From an uncultured virus (IMG/VR IMGVR_UViG_3300036985_007154) (lineage: Duplodnaviria > Heunggongvirae > Uroviricota > Caudoviricetes), in IMG/VR virus record IMGVR_UViG_3300036985_007154: a DNA stretch of 64,000 nt. The stretch is one strand, 5' to 3'. How positions within the stretch are numbered: the stretch's first letter is position 1; the number at the start of each line of letters is the position of its first letter. The notes under the pieces were generated by a model that had not been told where the DNA came from, made no database searches, and saw only the letters and a program-made list of their open reading frames with translations. Shown in pieces: positions 6,550-16,532 of the stretch. The position numbers and the translations under genes are program-made.

Positions 6550-7440
6550 TTAACTTATTATTTTTTTGAAAATTTTTTTGATTTTCATTTTGCATTCTCT
6601 GACACCAGCTTTGAGTGAGAGAACTCTCTTAACATTTGTTTCCTCAGGTTGAATTTTAATTTGAAGAACTTTATCTACTTCGTATTGTAAAAGTTCTTTG
6701 GAATTCGAAGAGGACACTTTATTGTTGAGAGCTCTGCCTACCTCCCTATTACGAGGAGTGTCAAAATTAAGGAATGAGGAGACCCCAAGTTTGAGTGCCT
6801 CTTCCATCGTAACAACTGCCGACAAATTGTCGACAGTTGTTGGGGACGCTTTAGATTCGAGAACTTCTTCTACTGGACGACTTCCTTGCAATCCCACGTT
6901 GCATTGTGTTGAAGACACCTCGCGTTTGAGAACCTCTTCCACCTGATTCTGATAGTCGATTTTGCTTTGTAGAGTTGAAAACACCTCGTGTTTGAGAACC
7001 TCTTCCACCCCTACATCCATTAGGGGAAATCCACTTAATGTTGAAGACACCCCGCGTTTGAGGACCTCTTCCACCGGTAAGTTGCTAAGGTAAGCATTTG
7101 GGTTTGTTGAGGACACCCCGCGTTTGAGGACCTCTTCCACCTTTCTGAACGAAATTGAAAGCCCTGATAAAGTTGAGGACACCCCGCGTTTGAGGACCTC
7201 TTCCACCCATTCCGCTATAACGGGTTCATATTCTAGCCGTTCCATCCCAAACAACGGAAAAAAATCGCGGAAGAATGAGTATCTCCACCATAGAGTCCCT
7301 GAACTTCTTAGTTCCAAATACCAAAACTTATTCGCACGATCGATAAACCAAATGGATTTATTATCATCCACAATGATTTCCGCCTGACCCAAATCTTGGT
7401 CTAATTTTTTGAATATAATTCGTTTTAATCTTTCGTTCAT
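6550..7440 (-). CDS. hypothetical protein: ~78-aa aromatic N-terminal domain followed by 22-aa units (VEEVLKRGVSST plus 10 variable residues)
   Basis: 296-aa ORF that stays open through the repeat array; TATTTTTG promoter element at 7463-7470 (-); terminator-like hairpin near 6524-6551. Confidence 0.8.
   Translation of the reverse strand: MNERLKRIIFKKLDQDLGQAEIIVDDNKSIWFIDRANKFWYLELRSSGTLWWRYSFFRDFFPLFGMERLEYEPVIAEWVEEVLKRGVSSTLSGLSISFRKVEEVLKRGVSSTNPNAYLSNLPVEEVLKRGVSSTLSGFPLMDVGVEEVLKHEVFSTLQSKIDYQNQVEEVLKREVSSTQCNVGLQGSRPVEEVLESKASPTTVDNLSAVVTMEEALKLGVSSFLNFDTPRNREVGRALNNKVSSSNSKELLQYEVDKVLQIKIQPEETNVKRVLSLKAGVRECKMKIKKIFKKIIS
6707..7207 (-). CRISPR. CRISPR-like array (36-nt repeats, 30-nt unique spacers) embedded in frame in a CDS; no cas genes in the window
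   Basis: Near-identical repeats at 7172-7207, 7106-7141, 7040-7075, 6974-7009 and 6908-6943 (+ strand GTTGARRACACCYCGYGTTTGAGRACCTCTTCCACC); degenerate copies at 6839-6874, 6773-6808 and 6707-6742. The repeat structure is certain; CRISPR function is inferred. Confidence 0.55.
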
Positions 7441-7598
7441 ATCGGTTGATGTCTATGTGATACAAAAATACTAATATTTTACGTAATTCAAAAATTATCA
7501 AAAGTTTTTTCACTTAACAACAACATAGCCATTTGATAATGTTGAAATTCAGGTTTGCGAGTGGGTTCCTCCTAATTATTGTTGATAAAATTTAAGAC

Positions 7599-10085
7599 AT
7601 GATTAAAAATCTATTTTTTTTACTCTTATTTCCATTAACGGTGTTTTCACAACAAAAACAAATAACCATCAATGGAACAACAAAATCAAAAACAGAAGAC
7701 ATTTATTTTGCTCACGTAACTTTCCAAGATGTTAGTGGTAATAAATTCACAACAATTTCTGATGAAAACGCAAAGTATAATGTTTCTCTCAATGAAGGAA
7801 CTTACGAAGTTAAAGGAACTTACATTGGATACAAAGATTTCGTAACCACCATTACTGTAACCACCGTTACTATCTTGGATATTATTTTTGAGCCAACCGA
7901 TACGGAGTTAAACGAAGTTTTAGTTCGAGGAACTGCACAAAAAGTCACAGATATATCGGTTATGAAATCTATACGAAATAATATTGTCGTATCCGATGGA
8001 TTATCAATAGAATTCATAAAGAAGACCCCCGATAGAAATTTGGGTGACGCATTGAAACGAGTAAGTGGTGTCACAATCCAAAATGACAAATTTGTTTTGG
8101 TTCGAGGGCTTGCCGATAGATATAATTCGGCATTATTGAATCAAACACCTTTACCCTCCACAGAACCCGATAGACGAGCATTCTCATTTGATATTATCCC
8201 AACTTCTTTGATTGATAATATAATGGTTTCCAAATCATTTTCGGCAAACCAACCAGGTGATTGGAGTGGAGGATTGGTTCAAGTATCGACAAAGGAGGTG
8301 TCCGACAATTTTTTGGACGTAAGCTTGGGGACGGGAATCGGATCTGTCTCGACTTTCCAAGACTTTAAACTGGTGGAATCGATCCCATTTCCGTTAACCT
8401 TTCCTTCCACATACAAATTCCGAATGAGCGGTAATGGTGATAAAAGATTATTCACAAAACAAATAGGAAACCCAACGGAAAATAGATTTCAATCCATACC
8501 AAACTTAAATGGAGGACTTTCATTTGGTTATGTAAAAAACAAATTCAATTCATTATTCAGTTCAACAATTCGAAACACAAATACTCTCAACAATGTTGAG
8601 AGAAAGGATTATCAATCTTCCACAGAACTGGCATACGATTATAATGATAGATTATACACCCAAAGATTTTCCACAAATGGATTATTAAACTTAACTTATT
8701 TGGGTAAAAACAAATATAGTTGGAAAACATTGGCAAACTTCCAAAAGGAAAGTTCATACCTGACAAGAGAAGGTCAAAACTTTGACAATGTTCAAGATGT
8801 GTTGAGTAATGCGTCAAACCATATCAATAACGTGGTAATCAACTCACAGGTTGATGGTAATATTGAAACTTTTGATTTCAATTTCGGATATAACTACATC
8901 TTCAGAGAACAACCTGATTATAGAATTAACCCAATCACCAAATCATTAGGTGTAAATGAACCATTTGCAACCGCATGGAGAGACACCTACAGATTTTGGA
9001 GTGTTATGGATGAGAATTCATTTAACGGAAACTTGAAAAAAGATTTGGGTAAATTCGAAGTGGGTGGAGGTTATTTGAAAAAGATTCGAGGATTTAGTGC
9101 AAGAGTTTTCAGATATCAAACAACGGATTTATTGGATGAAATCACCAACAATACAGATAGATACACCGCTGACTTTGATTTGGGTAATCTTTATACGATG
9201 TATGAGAACGAAATCGGAAAATGGAAAATCAATACAGGCGTAAGAGGTGAATACAACTTGTTTGATGTTGAAACCGCAGATTTCAGTGGTCAAAAGGTAA
9301 ATGTTGATAGAACATATTTGGACATTCTTCCATCATTGAACCTTTCTTATAACTTGGAGAAGACAAAATATAGATTCTCTTTGAGTAAGACCTTGGCAAG
9401 ACCAGAGTTCAGAGAAGTTGCAAACTTTGCATATTATGACTTTGTTAGAAACGCACAAATATTAGGAAACTCCAACTTGAAAAAAACCGACATATACAAT
9501 GTTGATTTGAAATACGAGTTATATCCTTCAAACACAGAAAACATTTCTCTCTCATTTTTTGGTAAAAATTTCGTAAACCCAATTGAACAAATTGTTGCCG
9601 ATGGGTCAGTTCCATCCAATTTACTTTTAACTTATGCAAATCCTGAATCAGCACTTGTATATGGTGTTGAAATGGAAGTGAGAAAAAGAATAAATGGATG
9701 GTTCGATTTTTACACAAACGCTTCAGTTATGAAATCTGAAGTTGATATGAATGGTGTAAAAAGACAATTACAAGGTCAATCCAATTATATGATTAACTCA
9801 GGGATAAACTTTAATAAGAAAAATAATACTTTGAACTTAACCTACAACAGAATCGGTGAAAGAATATCTGCGGTCGGTTTCCAAGGTTATCCCGATATCT
9901 TTGAAAATAGTAGAGACGTGTTGGATATTACATTCTTACGTAAACTTCCAAAAGGAGAATTGAAACTGGCAATAGGAGATATCTTCGCACAGCCATCAAT
10001 AAACTATCAAAAAATTTCAAATCGTAACTTAATAAACACAAATAACGAAACAACAGTTTCATTAACCTTAAATCTAAATTTATGA
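7599..10085 (+). CDS. TonB-dependent outer-membrane receptor (CarboxypepD_reg-like N-domain, plug, beta-barrel)
   Basis: Signal peptide; plug motifs ALKRVSGVTI, VLVRGLADRYN, FSFDIIP; barrel motif TLARPEFRE; Bacteroidetes-style architecture. Confidence 0.92.
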   Translation: MIKNLFFLLLFPLTVFSQQKQITINGTTKSKTEDIYFAHVTFQDVSGNKFTTISDENAKYNVSLNEGTYEVKGTYIGYKDFVTTITVTTVTILDIIFEPTDTELNEVLVRGTAQKVTDISVMKSIRNNIVVSDGLSIEFIKKTPDRNLGDALKRVSGVTIQNDKFVLVRGLADRYNSALLNQTPLPSTEPDRRAFSFDIIPTSLIDNIMVSKSFSANQPGDWSGGLVQVSTKEVSDNFLDVSLGTGIGSVSTFQDFKLVESIPFPLTFPSTYKFRMSGNGDKRLFTKQIGNPTENRFQSIPNLNGGLSFGYVKNKFNSLFSSTIRNTNTLNNVERKDYQSSTELAYDYNDRLYTQRFSTNGLLNLTYLGKNKYSWKTLANFQKESSYLTREGQNFDNVQDVLSNASNHINNVVINSQVDGNIETFDFNFGYNYIFREQPDYRINPITKSLGVNEPFATAWRDTYRFWSVMDENSFNGNLKKDLGKFEVGGGYLKKIRGFSARVFRYQTTDLLDEITNNTDRYTADFDLGNLYTMYENEIGKWKINTGVRGEYNLFDVETADFSGQKVNVDRTYLDILPSLNLSYNLEKTKYRFSLSKTLARPEFREVANFAYYDFVRNAQILGNSNLKKTDIYNVDLKYELYPSNTENISLSFFGKNFVNPIEQIVADGSVPSNLLLTYANPESALVYGVEMEVRKRINGWFDFYTNASVMKSEVDMNGVKRQLQGQSNYMINSGINFNKKNNTLNLTYNRIGERISAVGFQGYPDIFENSRDVLDITFLRKLPKGELKLAIGDIFAQPSINYQKISNRNLINTNNETTVSLTLNLNL

Positions 10086-11278
10086 AAAAACTATTAACAA
10101 TCTTATTAGCATTAGGACTTTTCAGTTGTGAAAAGAATCTTGGGGGTGAAGAAGAACCAATTAACGTTCCAACCACTACCACACTTACGGGTAATATAAA
10201 CACAACAACAACTTTGACATCTGACAAAGTTTGGACATTGAAAGGATATGTTTATGTAACCGATGGAGCAAAACTTATCATCCAACCTGGAACTACCATA
10301 GTTTCTGACGTGGCTGAAAAGGGAGCATTATGTATCGAAAGAGGTTCGCAAATTATTGCGGAAGGAACCCAATCCAAACCTATCGTATTTACGTCTGGAA
10401 GACCCGAGGGACAACGAACTCCTGGTGATTGGGGTGGTATAGTGATTTTAGGTAGAGCGAAGACAAACCGTTCTTCTGAACCTACAATCGAAGGTGGAAT
10501 CGGAAGACCTTATGGAGGAACAAATGATTCCGATAACAGTGGAGTATTAAGATTTGTCAGAATTGAATACGCAGGTATAGCAGCACTTCCAAACTCTGAA
10601 ATAAACGCATTGACTCTCGGAGGTGTAGGAAACGGAACAATTCTTGAAAACATCCAAACAATATACGCTAACGATGACGCATTCGAATTCTTTGGTGGAA
10701 ACGTAAATGGTAAAAATCTTTATTCATTCGCAACCGCAGATGATGATTTCGATTTTGACTTTGGTTATACAGGAACAATCACTAACGGAGTGGCAAAAAG
10801 AGACCCTCAATTCGTAGATAGTGGTGACGCTGGAAATGGCGTGGAATGTGATAATGATGGAACAGGATCCGCAGCACAACCTTACACACACCCAAAACTT
10901 TTCAATATGATTTTAGTTGGACCAAATGTATCTACCGCATTAGCGAACCACAATTTAGGTTTGAGATTCAGAAGATCTACCCAATTCACAATGAAGAATA
11001 GTGTAGTTTGGGGATGGATGAAAGGTGGATTAAGTTTAGAAAGTAATGAAACCACTCAATTTGTTAAAGACGGAGTATCTATATTTGAAAATAACTCAGT
11101 TGGTACATTCAATCCTACTTTGAACTTTATTAGTAAAGCAACAACAATTTTGACAAGTGATCAACTTAAAACTTTGGCCCTTTCAAAAAGTAATAAGGAA
11201 ATTGATGTTGTAATACCTGAATTAGATAAACCTATATGGGTTAATGGATGGACAAGATTTCCATCTAAAGGAAACTAA
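10082..11278 (+). CDS. beta-helix-like surface lipoprotein partnered with the TonB-dependent receptor
   Basis: Lipobox FSC; PGDWGGIVILG, DDAFEFFGG, DDDFDFDFGY; start overlaps the receptor stop. Confidence 0.85.
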   Translation: MKKLLTILLALGLFSCEKNLGGEEEPINVPTTTTLTGNINTTTTLTSDKVWTLKGYVYVTDGAKLIIQPGTTIVSDVAEKGALCIERGSQIIAEGTQSKPIVFTSGRPEGQRTPGDWGGIVILGRAKTNRSSEPTIEGGIGRPYGGTNDSDNSGVLRFVRIEYAGIAALPNSEINALTLGGVGNGTILENIQTIYANDDAFEFFGGNVNGKNLYSFATADDDFDFDFGYTGTITNGVAKRDPQFVDSGDAGNGVECDNDGTGSAAQPYTHPKLFNMILVGPNVSTALANHNLGLRFRRSTQFTMKNSVVWGWMKGGLSLESNETTQFVKDGVSIFENNSVGTFNPTLNFISKATTILTSDQLKTLALSKSNKEIDVVIPELDKPIWVNGWTRFPSKGN

Positions 11279-11309
11279 AAAAAAAGGGAGTCAATGACTC
11301 CCTTTTTTT
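11278..11309. terminator. bidirectional intrinsic terminator
   Basis: AAAAAAAGGGAGTC-AAT-GACTCCCTTTTTTT. Confidence 0.85.
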
Positions 11310-11318
11310 ATTTGATAG

Positions 11319-11729
11319 TGGAGTAGCGCAGATTCGAACTGCGGTCTTGCTCATCTTGACAATAAATGCCTACACGTTTAGGTCAAGGTTTGTTATACCT
11401 TCCGAAATATTTGGTTCCTTTTTAACATCGTTACCAACAACTGTGTCGAGTTCACTTTTACTAAGGTAGTACTCTGAACGAGACCTTTTGATACGCTTTG
11501 GGTGGTATCCACCTTGGAGGGCTTCTGTTCCGAGGTTATATGCCCATTCGACCCGACGTTATATCTACTAATTAAGCAGTTACAACAGACGCTTCTCTAG
11601 TTAAACCTAGAGCAGCCATCTTAGCAAGAGTATTGCCGGTTACTTTCTTCACCATAGATTTAAGTCATAGATGAATTCTGACTACGTGCCACTTATCTCC
11701 AACAATGCCAATCTATACCTTTCTACCCC
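11319..11729 (-). ncRNA. ssrA: tmRNA
   Basis: 5' GGGGTAG pairs with 3' CTACTCC-A giving G3:U70; T-arm CGCAG-TTCGAAT-CTGCG; tag ORF 11637-11572 after TAACC; TACATTTG promoter at 11739-11746. Confidence 0.92.
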
Positions 11730-11792
11730 ATTGTTGTACAAATGTAAGTATAAATATTTCCGAATCCAACTAAATTGATATTTATTTGTGGT

Positions 11793-12836
11793 ATGAATAT
11801 AGAAACGTTCGCAGCATTAAGAAATTACGCTAAAAGAAAAATAGCCAAAGATGAACTTTTAGATTCCGATAAGTTATTCTCGTACATAAGAGAAGACAGA
11901 AGTATGCCAGGTCAGAGTGTTATTGATATTGAATTTAACAATCAACAAGATTTTTTAGAAGCGTTGGGAATGCGGGATGATGATGTTTGGTTTTATCAAA
12001 TGATGACTGGACCTTATTCTGAATATGAATTTTTGGACCACTATTCTGCCATAGAAGATTTCATGGAGGGGTATGGTTTTTACTACATTTTGGATGAAGA
12101 AAATAAGGAGTTATTGTCTGAAATTTCCAAAGCAATACTTCCTATGAAAGTTAACTTCGAAGATGATGAATACAGAAAGGAGTTATCTGGAAAATTAATG
12201 GAAAATTTTGGAAAACAAATAAAATATGTTGTTGAAGATTACGTAGACGAAAAAAATCGTGCATTCAAGATATCTCTTGAAAAAGTTATAAATAAAGAAA
12301 TGGATGAGTATTTTACTGAGTTGGGTATTGACGCATATGGTGAAGGATTCAGAATTTCGGTAGCAGACTTGCTGGCATTATATATTAGTGAAAATGCTAT
12401 TCATTTACCTCTAAAAGAATTATTAGAAAGAGTTTTTGGTAGAAGAGAGTCTCCAGGTGGATGGCAAGAAGATTTTTATTCTTATGAAGACCTTGATGAT
12501 TTTGACTCTGCAAGTTTCAACAGAACTGCAAACAGGTTTTTTAGTGATATTTTGGAAACTATTGAAGAGGAGGGTGAAGAAGAGGGAGTTAATTTCAAAG
12601 ATTTTACTGACATGACTTCTAGAATTTTGAAAAAGTTCAAACAAGAACAATATTACTTTTTACCAAAAGACCCCAAAAAAGAAACAAGGTTCAAAATTGA
12701 AGGATTTAAGTTTCCTGAAATGAAAGTGGTGGTGACATTGTCAAAAGGATTGAAACAAAAGAGTATATTAGTGAGTGAACAAAATTTTTACAATTTATTA
12801 TACCAACCTTCATTATTTAGTTTGGATGAAATCTAA
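11793..12836 (+). CDS. hypothetical acidic protein
   Basis: Long ORF; start chosen after a TATTTATT motif. Confidence 0.8.
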   Translation: MNIETFAALRNYAKRKIAKDELLDSDKLFSYIREDRSMPGQSVIDIEFNNQQDFLEALGMRDDDVWFYQMMTGPYSEYEFLDHYSAIEDFMEGYGFYYILDEENKELLSEISKAILPMKVNFEDDEYRKELSGKLMENFGKQIKYVVEDYVDEKNRAFKISLEKVINKEMDEYFTELGIDAYGEGFRISVADLLALYISENAIHLPLKELLERVFGRRESPGGWQEDFYSYEDLDDFDSASFNRTANRFFSDILETIEEEGEEEGVNFKDFTDMTSRILKKFKQEQYYFLPKDPKKETRFKIEGFKFPEMKVVVTLSKGLKQKSILVSEQNFYNLLYQPSLFSLDEI

Positions 12837-12856
12837 TTTATTTATATCTTTGTAGA

Positions 12857-13690
12857 ATGAAAGATATAACGTTGCTCAAAGAAGTTTTGAGCGTACCCAC
12901 AAAAACTCACCAAGAACATCGTATGGTTGAATTTTTGGTTAATTGGTTAACCGAAAACAATATAGAACATTATGTCGATGACAAAATGAATATCTACGCA
13001 ACCAAAAAAGAAACAACTGATCTTCCTGAAGATTTTTATTTTCCTTGTGTAATATCACATACGGATACAGTTCACCATATCGATACAATCAATGTCAAAG
13101 AAATGATGTTGAAAAATGCTCAAGGTGAATTGAAACCAGCGTTGAAAGCATTCAATGATAACGAGAGACCAACAGGTATTGGAGGAGACGATAAATGTGG
13201 TGTGTTCGCTTGTTTAACTTTACTTAAAGAATTACCATACCTTAAAGCGGCATTCTTCGTTTCAGAAGAAACTGGATGCCACGGGTCAAAAGCCGCCGAT
13301 CCCAAATTTTTTGAAAATGTTGGATATGGTATTCAGTTTGATGCCCCCGAGAATTGGATGATTACTGAAAAATGTTTTGGTCAAATATTATTCGACAGAG
13401 ATACCGAGTTCTTCGAAAAAATAGATAAAGTTTTGACTGAAGGAATGATTAATGAACAAATGCAATATATGGTTCACCCATATACAGACGTTTATGCTTT
13501 GAGAAGTAAATTCGATTTTTCTTGTATTAATTTTTCTATTGGTTATTATGATTATCACAGTCCTGAAGAATATGTAATCATCGAGGACGTATTCAACGGG
13601 ATAGAAATGGGAAGAAAAATGATTGAAGAGTTGGGATATAAATTACACTTCAAGAAGTCTGTACCAAAAGGTCAATTTCATCCGTTTTGA
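12857..13690 (+). CDS. M20/M28-family zinc peptidase
   Basis: SHTDTVH, GGDDKCG, VSEETG, QFD and YH ligand motifs. Confidence 0.9.
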   Translation: MKDITLLKEVLSVPTKTHQEHRMVEFLVNWLTENNIEHYVDDKMNIYATKKETTDLPEDFYFPCVISHTDTVHHIDTINVKEMMLKNAQGELKPALKAFNDNERPTGIGGDDKCGVFACLTLLKELPYLKAAFFVSEETGCHGSKAADPKFFENVGYGIQFDAPENWMITEKCFGQILFDRDTEFFEKIDKVLTEGMINEQMQYMVHPYTDVYALRSKFDFSCINFSIGYYDYHSPEEYVIIEDVFNGIEMGRKMIEELGYKLHFKKSVPKGQFHPF

Positions 13691-14299
13691 TTAAATAAAA
13701 TCTTCTAACTTATCGATGTGCCTTTTTACGACTGGGTGGTCTTGAATATCATCATATTGACCTCCCGATTTTTTTATTTGTTTAATGTCGTTAATAATTT
13801 GTAGTATACCTCCACGAACCATGTTAGACATCGAAGGATATTTTTGAACGTATGGTGACAACGAAAATAATTTTTTTGCAATATCAATTGGAATCTCCAA
13901 TTTGATTACAAGTTTCGCAACCATTTCTTTAGCAAATCTGTCAGCGTCCAACTCCATACTCCAGTATTGTTCGTAGAGTGCCTCGAAATCTTCCAAATCA
14001 AAATCAGTAAGAGGATTAATCATTTTCAGATCTCTTATCTGTTGTTCGTGCCTGATTTCGTGAAATATGGTGTATAAAAAATCCCCTATGGTTTCCATAC
14101 CAAAAGGAGAACAAATAATAATTTGGTCTCTTGTTCTAACTCCTTTGAATCCTGCAGAACATGAATTCAAGAATTTTACATTGAGGTCATTTTCTTGAAT
14201 ATAGTTCACAACAAAATTTTCTATTACATCAACTTTTGATTGTAAATCTTCTGGAAATGAACTTTTGAATTTCTCTAATAGTCGGGAAAAATTACTCAT
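13691..14299 (-). CDS. HExxH zinc metalloprotease-like protein (ImmA/IrrE-like)
   Basis: HEIRH followed by ELDADRFA. Confidence 0.7.
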   Translation of the reverse strand: MSNFSRLLEKFKSSFPEDLQSKVDVIENFVVNYIQENDLNVKFLNSCSAGFKGVRTRDQIIICSPFGMETIGDFLYTIFHEIRHEQQIRDLKMINPLTDFDLEDFEALYEQYWSMELDADRFAKEMVAKLVIKLEIPIDIAKKLFSLSPYVQKYPSMSNMVRGGILQIINDIKQIKKSGGQYDDIQDHPVVKRHIDKLEDFI

Positions 14300-14341
14300 A
14301 CTTATAAATATAAAAAAAAGGGGATTTCTCCCCTTTTTAAT

Positions 14342-16354
14342 TTACCTACCTTTCTTGACTACTTTGACTACTTCATCTTCGACTTTAATCACGTAGGTTT
14401 TTCCTACTATAATTTTGTCGGTCAGAACTTCTTCAGATAATAAGTCTTCAACTTTATCCTGAATCGCTCTCTTGAGTGGTCTTGCACCGTATACCTCATC
14501 ATATCCGATTTTTGAGAGGTAATTCAAAAGTGATTCATCATAAGTAATCTTATACTTCATTTCGTCAAGACGCTTCATCAACTTCTTAAGTTCGATGTCA
14601 GTGATTTTCTTAATATCCTCTTGAGATAGAGAATTAAAAACGATGGTGTCATCAATACGATTGATAAACTCTGGTGAGAAGAAATTTTTCATTTCCTTCA
14701 TCAAGATATCCTTCTTCGCTTCTTCATTACTGTAGGTATTGTTAGAAAATCCAATACCAGTACCGAAGTCTTGTAGTTTTTTAACTCCAAGATTTGATGT
14801 CAAGATAATCAAGGTATTTTTGAAGTTAATCTTTCTACCCAAACTATCTGTAACGTGACCATCGTCCAAGATTTGAAGTAATACTGCGAATACGTCCTTA
14901 TGAGCTTTTTCAACCTCATCAAACAAGATAACAGAGTAAGGTTTGTTCTTAACTTTCTCGGTCAACAATCCACCTTCTTCGTATCCAACATAACCTGGAG
15001 GTGCTCCAACCAATTTGGATACGGTGTGTTTCTCTTGGTACTCGGACATATCCACACGGATTAGTGCGTCCTCACTTCCAAACATTTCTTTTGCAAGTTG
15101 TTTTGCGAGGTGAGTTTTACCGACACCTGTTGAACCCAAGAAAACGAATGAACCAATTGGACGATTTGGGTCTTTGATACCAAGTCGGTTTCTCTTGATA
15201 GATTTTGCAACCTTGATAACCGCGGCATCCTGACCAATAACAGTTCCAACAATGTGTTTATCCAAGTTCAACAATGCTTTGGTGTCATCCACAGACATTT
15301 TATTGACAGGGATTTTGGTCATGTTGGAAACAACATCATAAACATCTTCCAAACTAATCTTCTGTTTGTCTTTGGACATTTGTTCTTCAAACTTTTGTTT
15401 TTCTTGTTCCAATTTGTCCAACAACTTTTTCTCCTTGTCTCGGAGTTGTGCCGCTTGTTCGTAATTCTGTTTTTTCACAACGTCCAACTTCTGTTGTTTC
15501 AGTTCAGCAGCTTTACGCTTCAACTCTTCGATTGCTTCAGGAACCTTAAGTTCGGTCTGCATTCTAGCTCCAACTTCATCCAAGATGTCGAATGCTTTGT
15601 CAGGGAATTCACGGTCGGTGATATATCTATCCGCCAACTTAACACAAGCTTCAATGACTTCATCGGAATAAGTCACTTTGTGATATGTTTCGTATTTGTC
15701 CCGAACATTTTTCAAAATTTCAATTGTTTCAATCACAGTAGATGGTTCAACAATTACTTTTTGAAATCTACGCTCTAACGCTCCATCCTTTTCGATGTTT
15801 TTTCTGAACTCATCCAAAGTGGTCGCTCCGATTACTTGTAGTTCACCACGTGCCAATGCTGGTTTGAAAATGTTGGAACCATCCATCGAACCTGAGGAAT
15901 TTCCTGAACCAACCAACGTATGAATCTCATCAATGAATACGATGATATTAGGATTAACTTGAAGTTCTTCGATGATAACCTTCATTCTTTCTTCAAATTG
16001 TCCACGGTACTTTGTACCAGCAACAACTGAAGTTAGGTCAAGATTAACCAATCTTTTATCCAAGAGATTACGAGGACAATCACCATTAACAATTTTCATC
16101 GCCAAACCTTCAACAATTGCAGTTTTACCACAACCAGGTTCACCAAGAATAATTGGGTTATTTTTCTTTCTTCGGGAAAGAATTTGAGCGATTCGTAGAA
16201 TCTCTCGATCTCTTCCGATGACAGGGTCCAATTTACCCGCCTCTGCAAGTTTATTCAAATCTCTACTGAAATTGTCTAGCACAGGCGTCGAGGTATCTCC
16301 TGACTTCTGTCTTTTACTCATCATTTTGTCTTCGTCGTCCATTAAGTCGTTCAT
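14342..16354 (-). CDS. clpC: ClpC-type AAA+ ATPase lacking the N-terminal Clp repeat domain
   Basis: Two NBDs ([29 protein letters not shown]), UVR-type M-domain (YEQAAQLRD), IGF loop, GARPL. Confidence 0.92.
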   Translation of the reverse strand: MNDLMDDEDKMMSKRQKSGDTSTPVLDNFSRDLNKLAEAGKLDPVIGRDREILRIAQILSRRKKNNPIILGEPGCGKTAIVEGLAMKIVNGDCPRNLLDKRLVNLDLTSVVAGTKYRGQFEERMKVIIEELQVNPNIIVFIDEIHTLVGSGNSSGSMDGSNIFKPALARGELQVIGATTLDEFRKNIEKDGALERRFQKVIVEPSTVIETIEILKNVRDKYETYHKVTYSDEVIEACVKLADRYITDREFPDKAFDILDEVGARMQTELKVPEAIEELKRKAAELKQQKLDVVKKQNYEQAAQLRDKEKKLLDKLEQEKQKFEEQMSKDKQKISLEDVYDVVSNMTKIPVNKMSVDDTKALLNLDKHIVGTVIGQDAAVIKVAKSIKRNRLGIKDPNRPIGSFVFLGSTGVGKTHLAKQLAKEMFGSEDALIRVDMSEYQEKHTVSKLVGAPPGYVGYEEGGLLTEKVKNKPYSVILFDEVEKAHKDVFAVLLQILDDGHVTDSLGRKINFKNTLIILTSNLGVKKLQDFGTGIGFSNNTYSNEEAKKDILMKEMKNFFSPEFINRIDDTIVFNSLSQEDIKKITDIELKKLMKRLDEMKYKITYDESLLNYLSKIGYDEVYGARPLKRAIQDKVEDLLSEEVLTDKIIVGKTYVIKVEDEVVKVVKKGR

Positions 16355-16532
16355 ACGTTTTTTAGTTTTTACAAAGTAATAACAATTTTTATTCTTATCC
16401 AAATGATTTGACAAATTGTCAGAAAATATTTATTTTTATTAAATCTTTTACTGACATAATGTCATAGAATCACTATCGGCATAAATCTTGGAACAAAGAT
16501 AACAAATAAACTTAAAATAAAAAACTAAAATT

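Noticed and set aside
6550..7440. Diversity-generating retroelement as the explanation for the variable units
   Set aside because: No reverse transcriptase in the window, and differences between units are not adenine-specific template/variable-repeat pairs
7500..7598. Pho-box upstream of the TonB-dependent receptor
   Set aside because: Only one TTAACA-like half-site is visible; no convincing 11-nt-period repeat
15254..15778. 174-aa plus-strand ORF and other nested antisense or alternate-frame ORFs in the track
   Set aside because: They lie within well-supported genes and have no recognisable motifs
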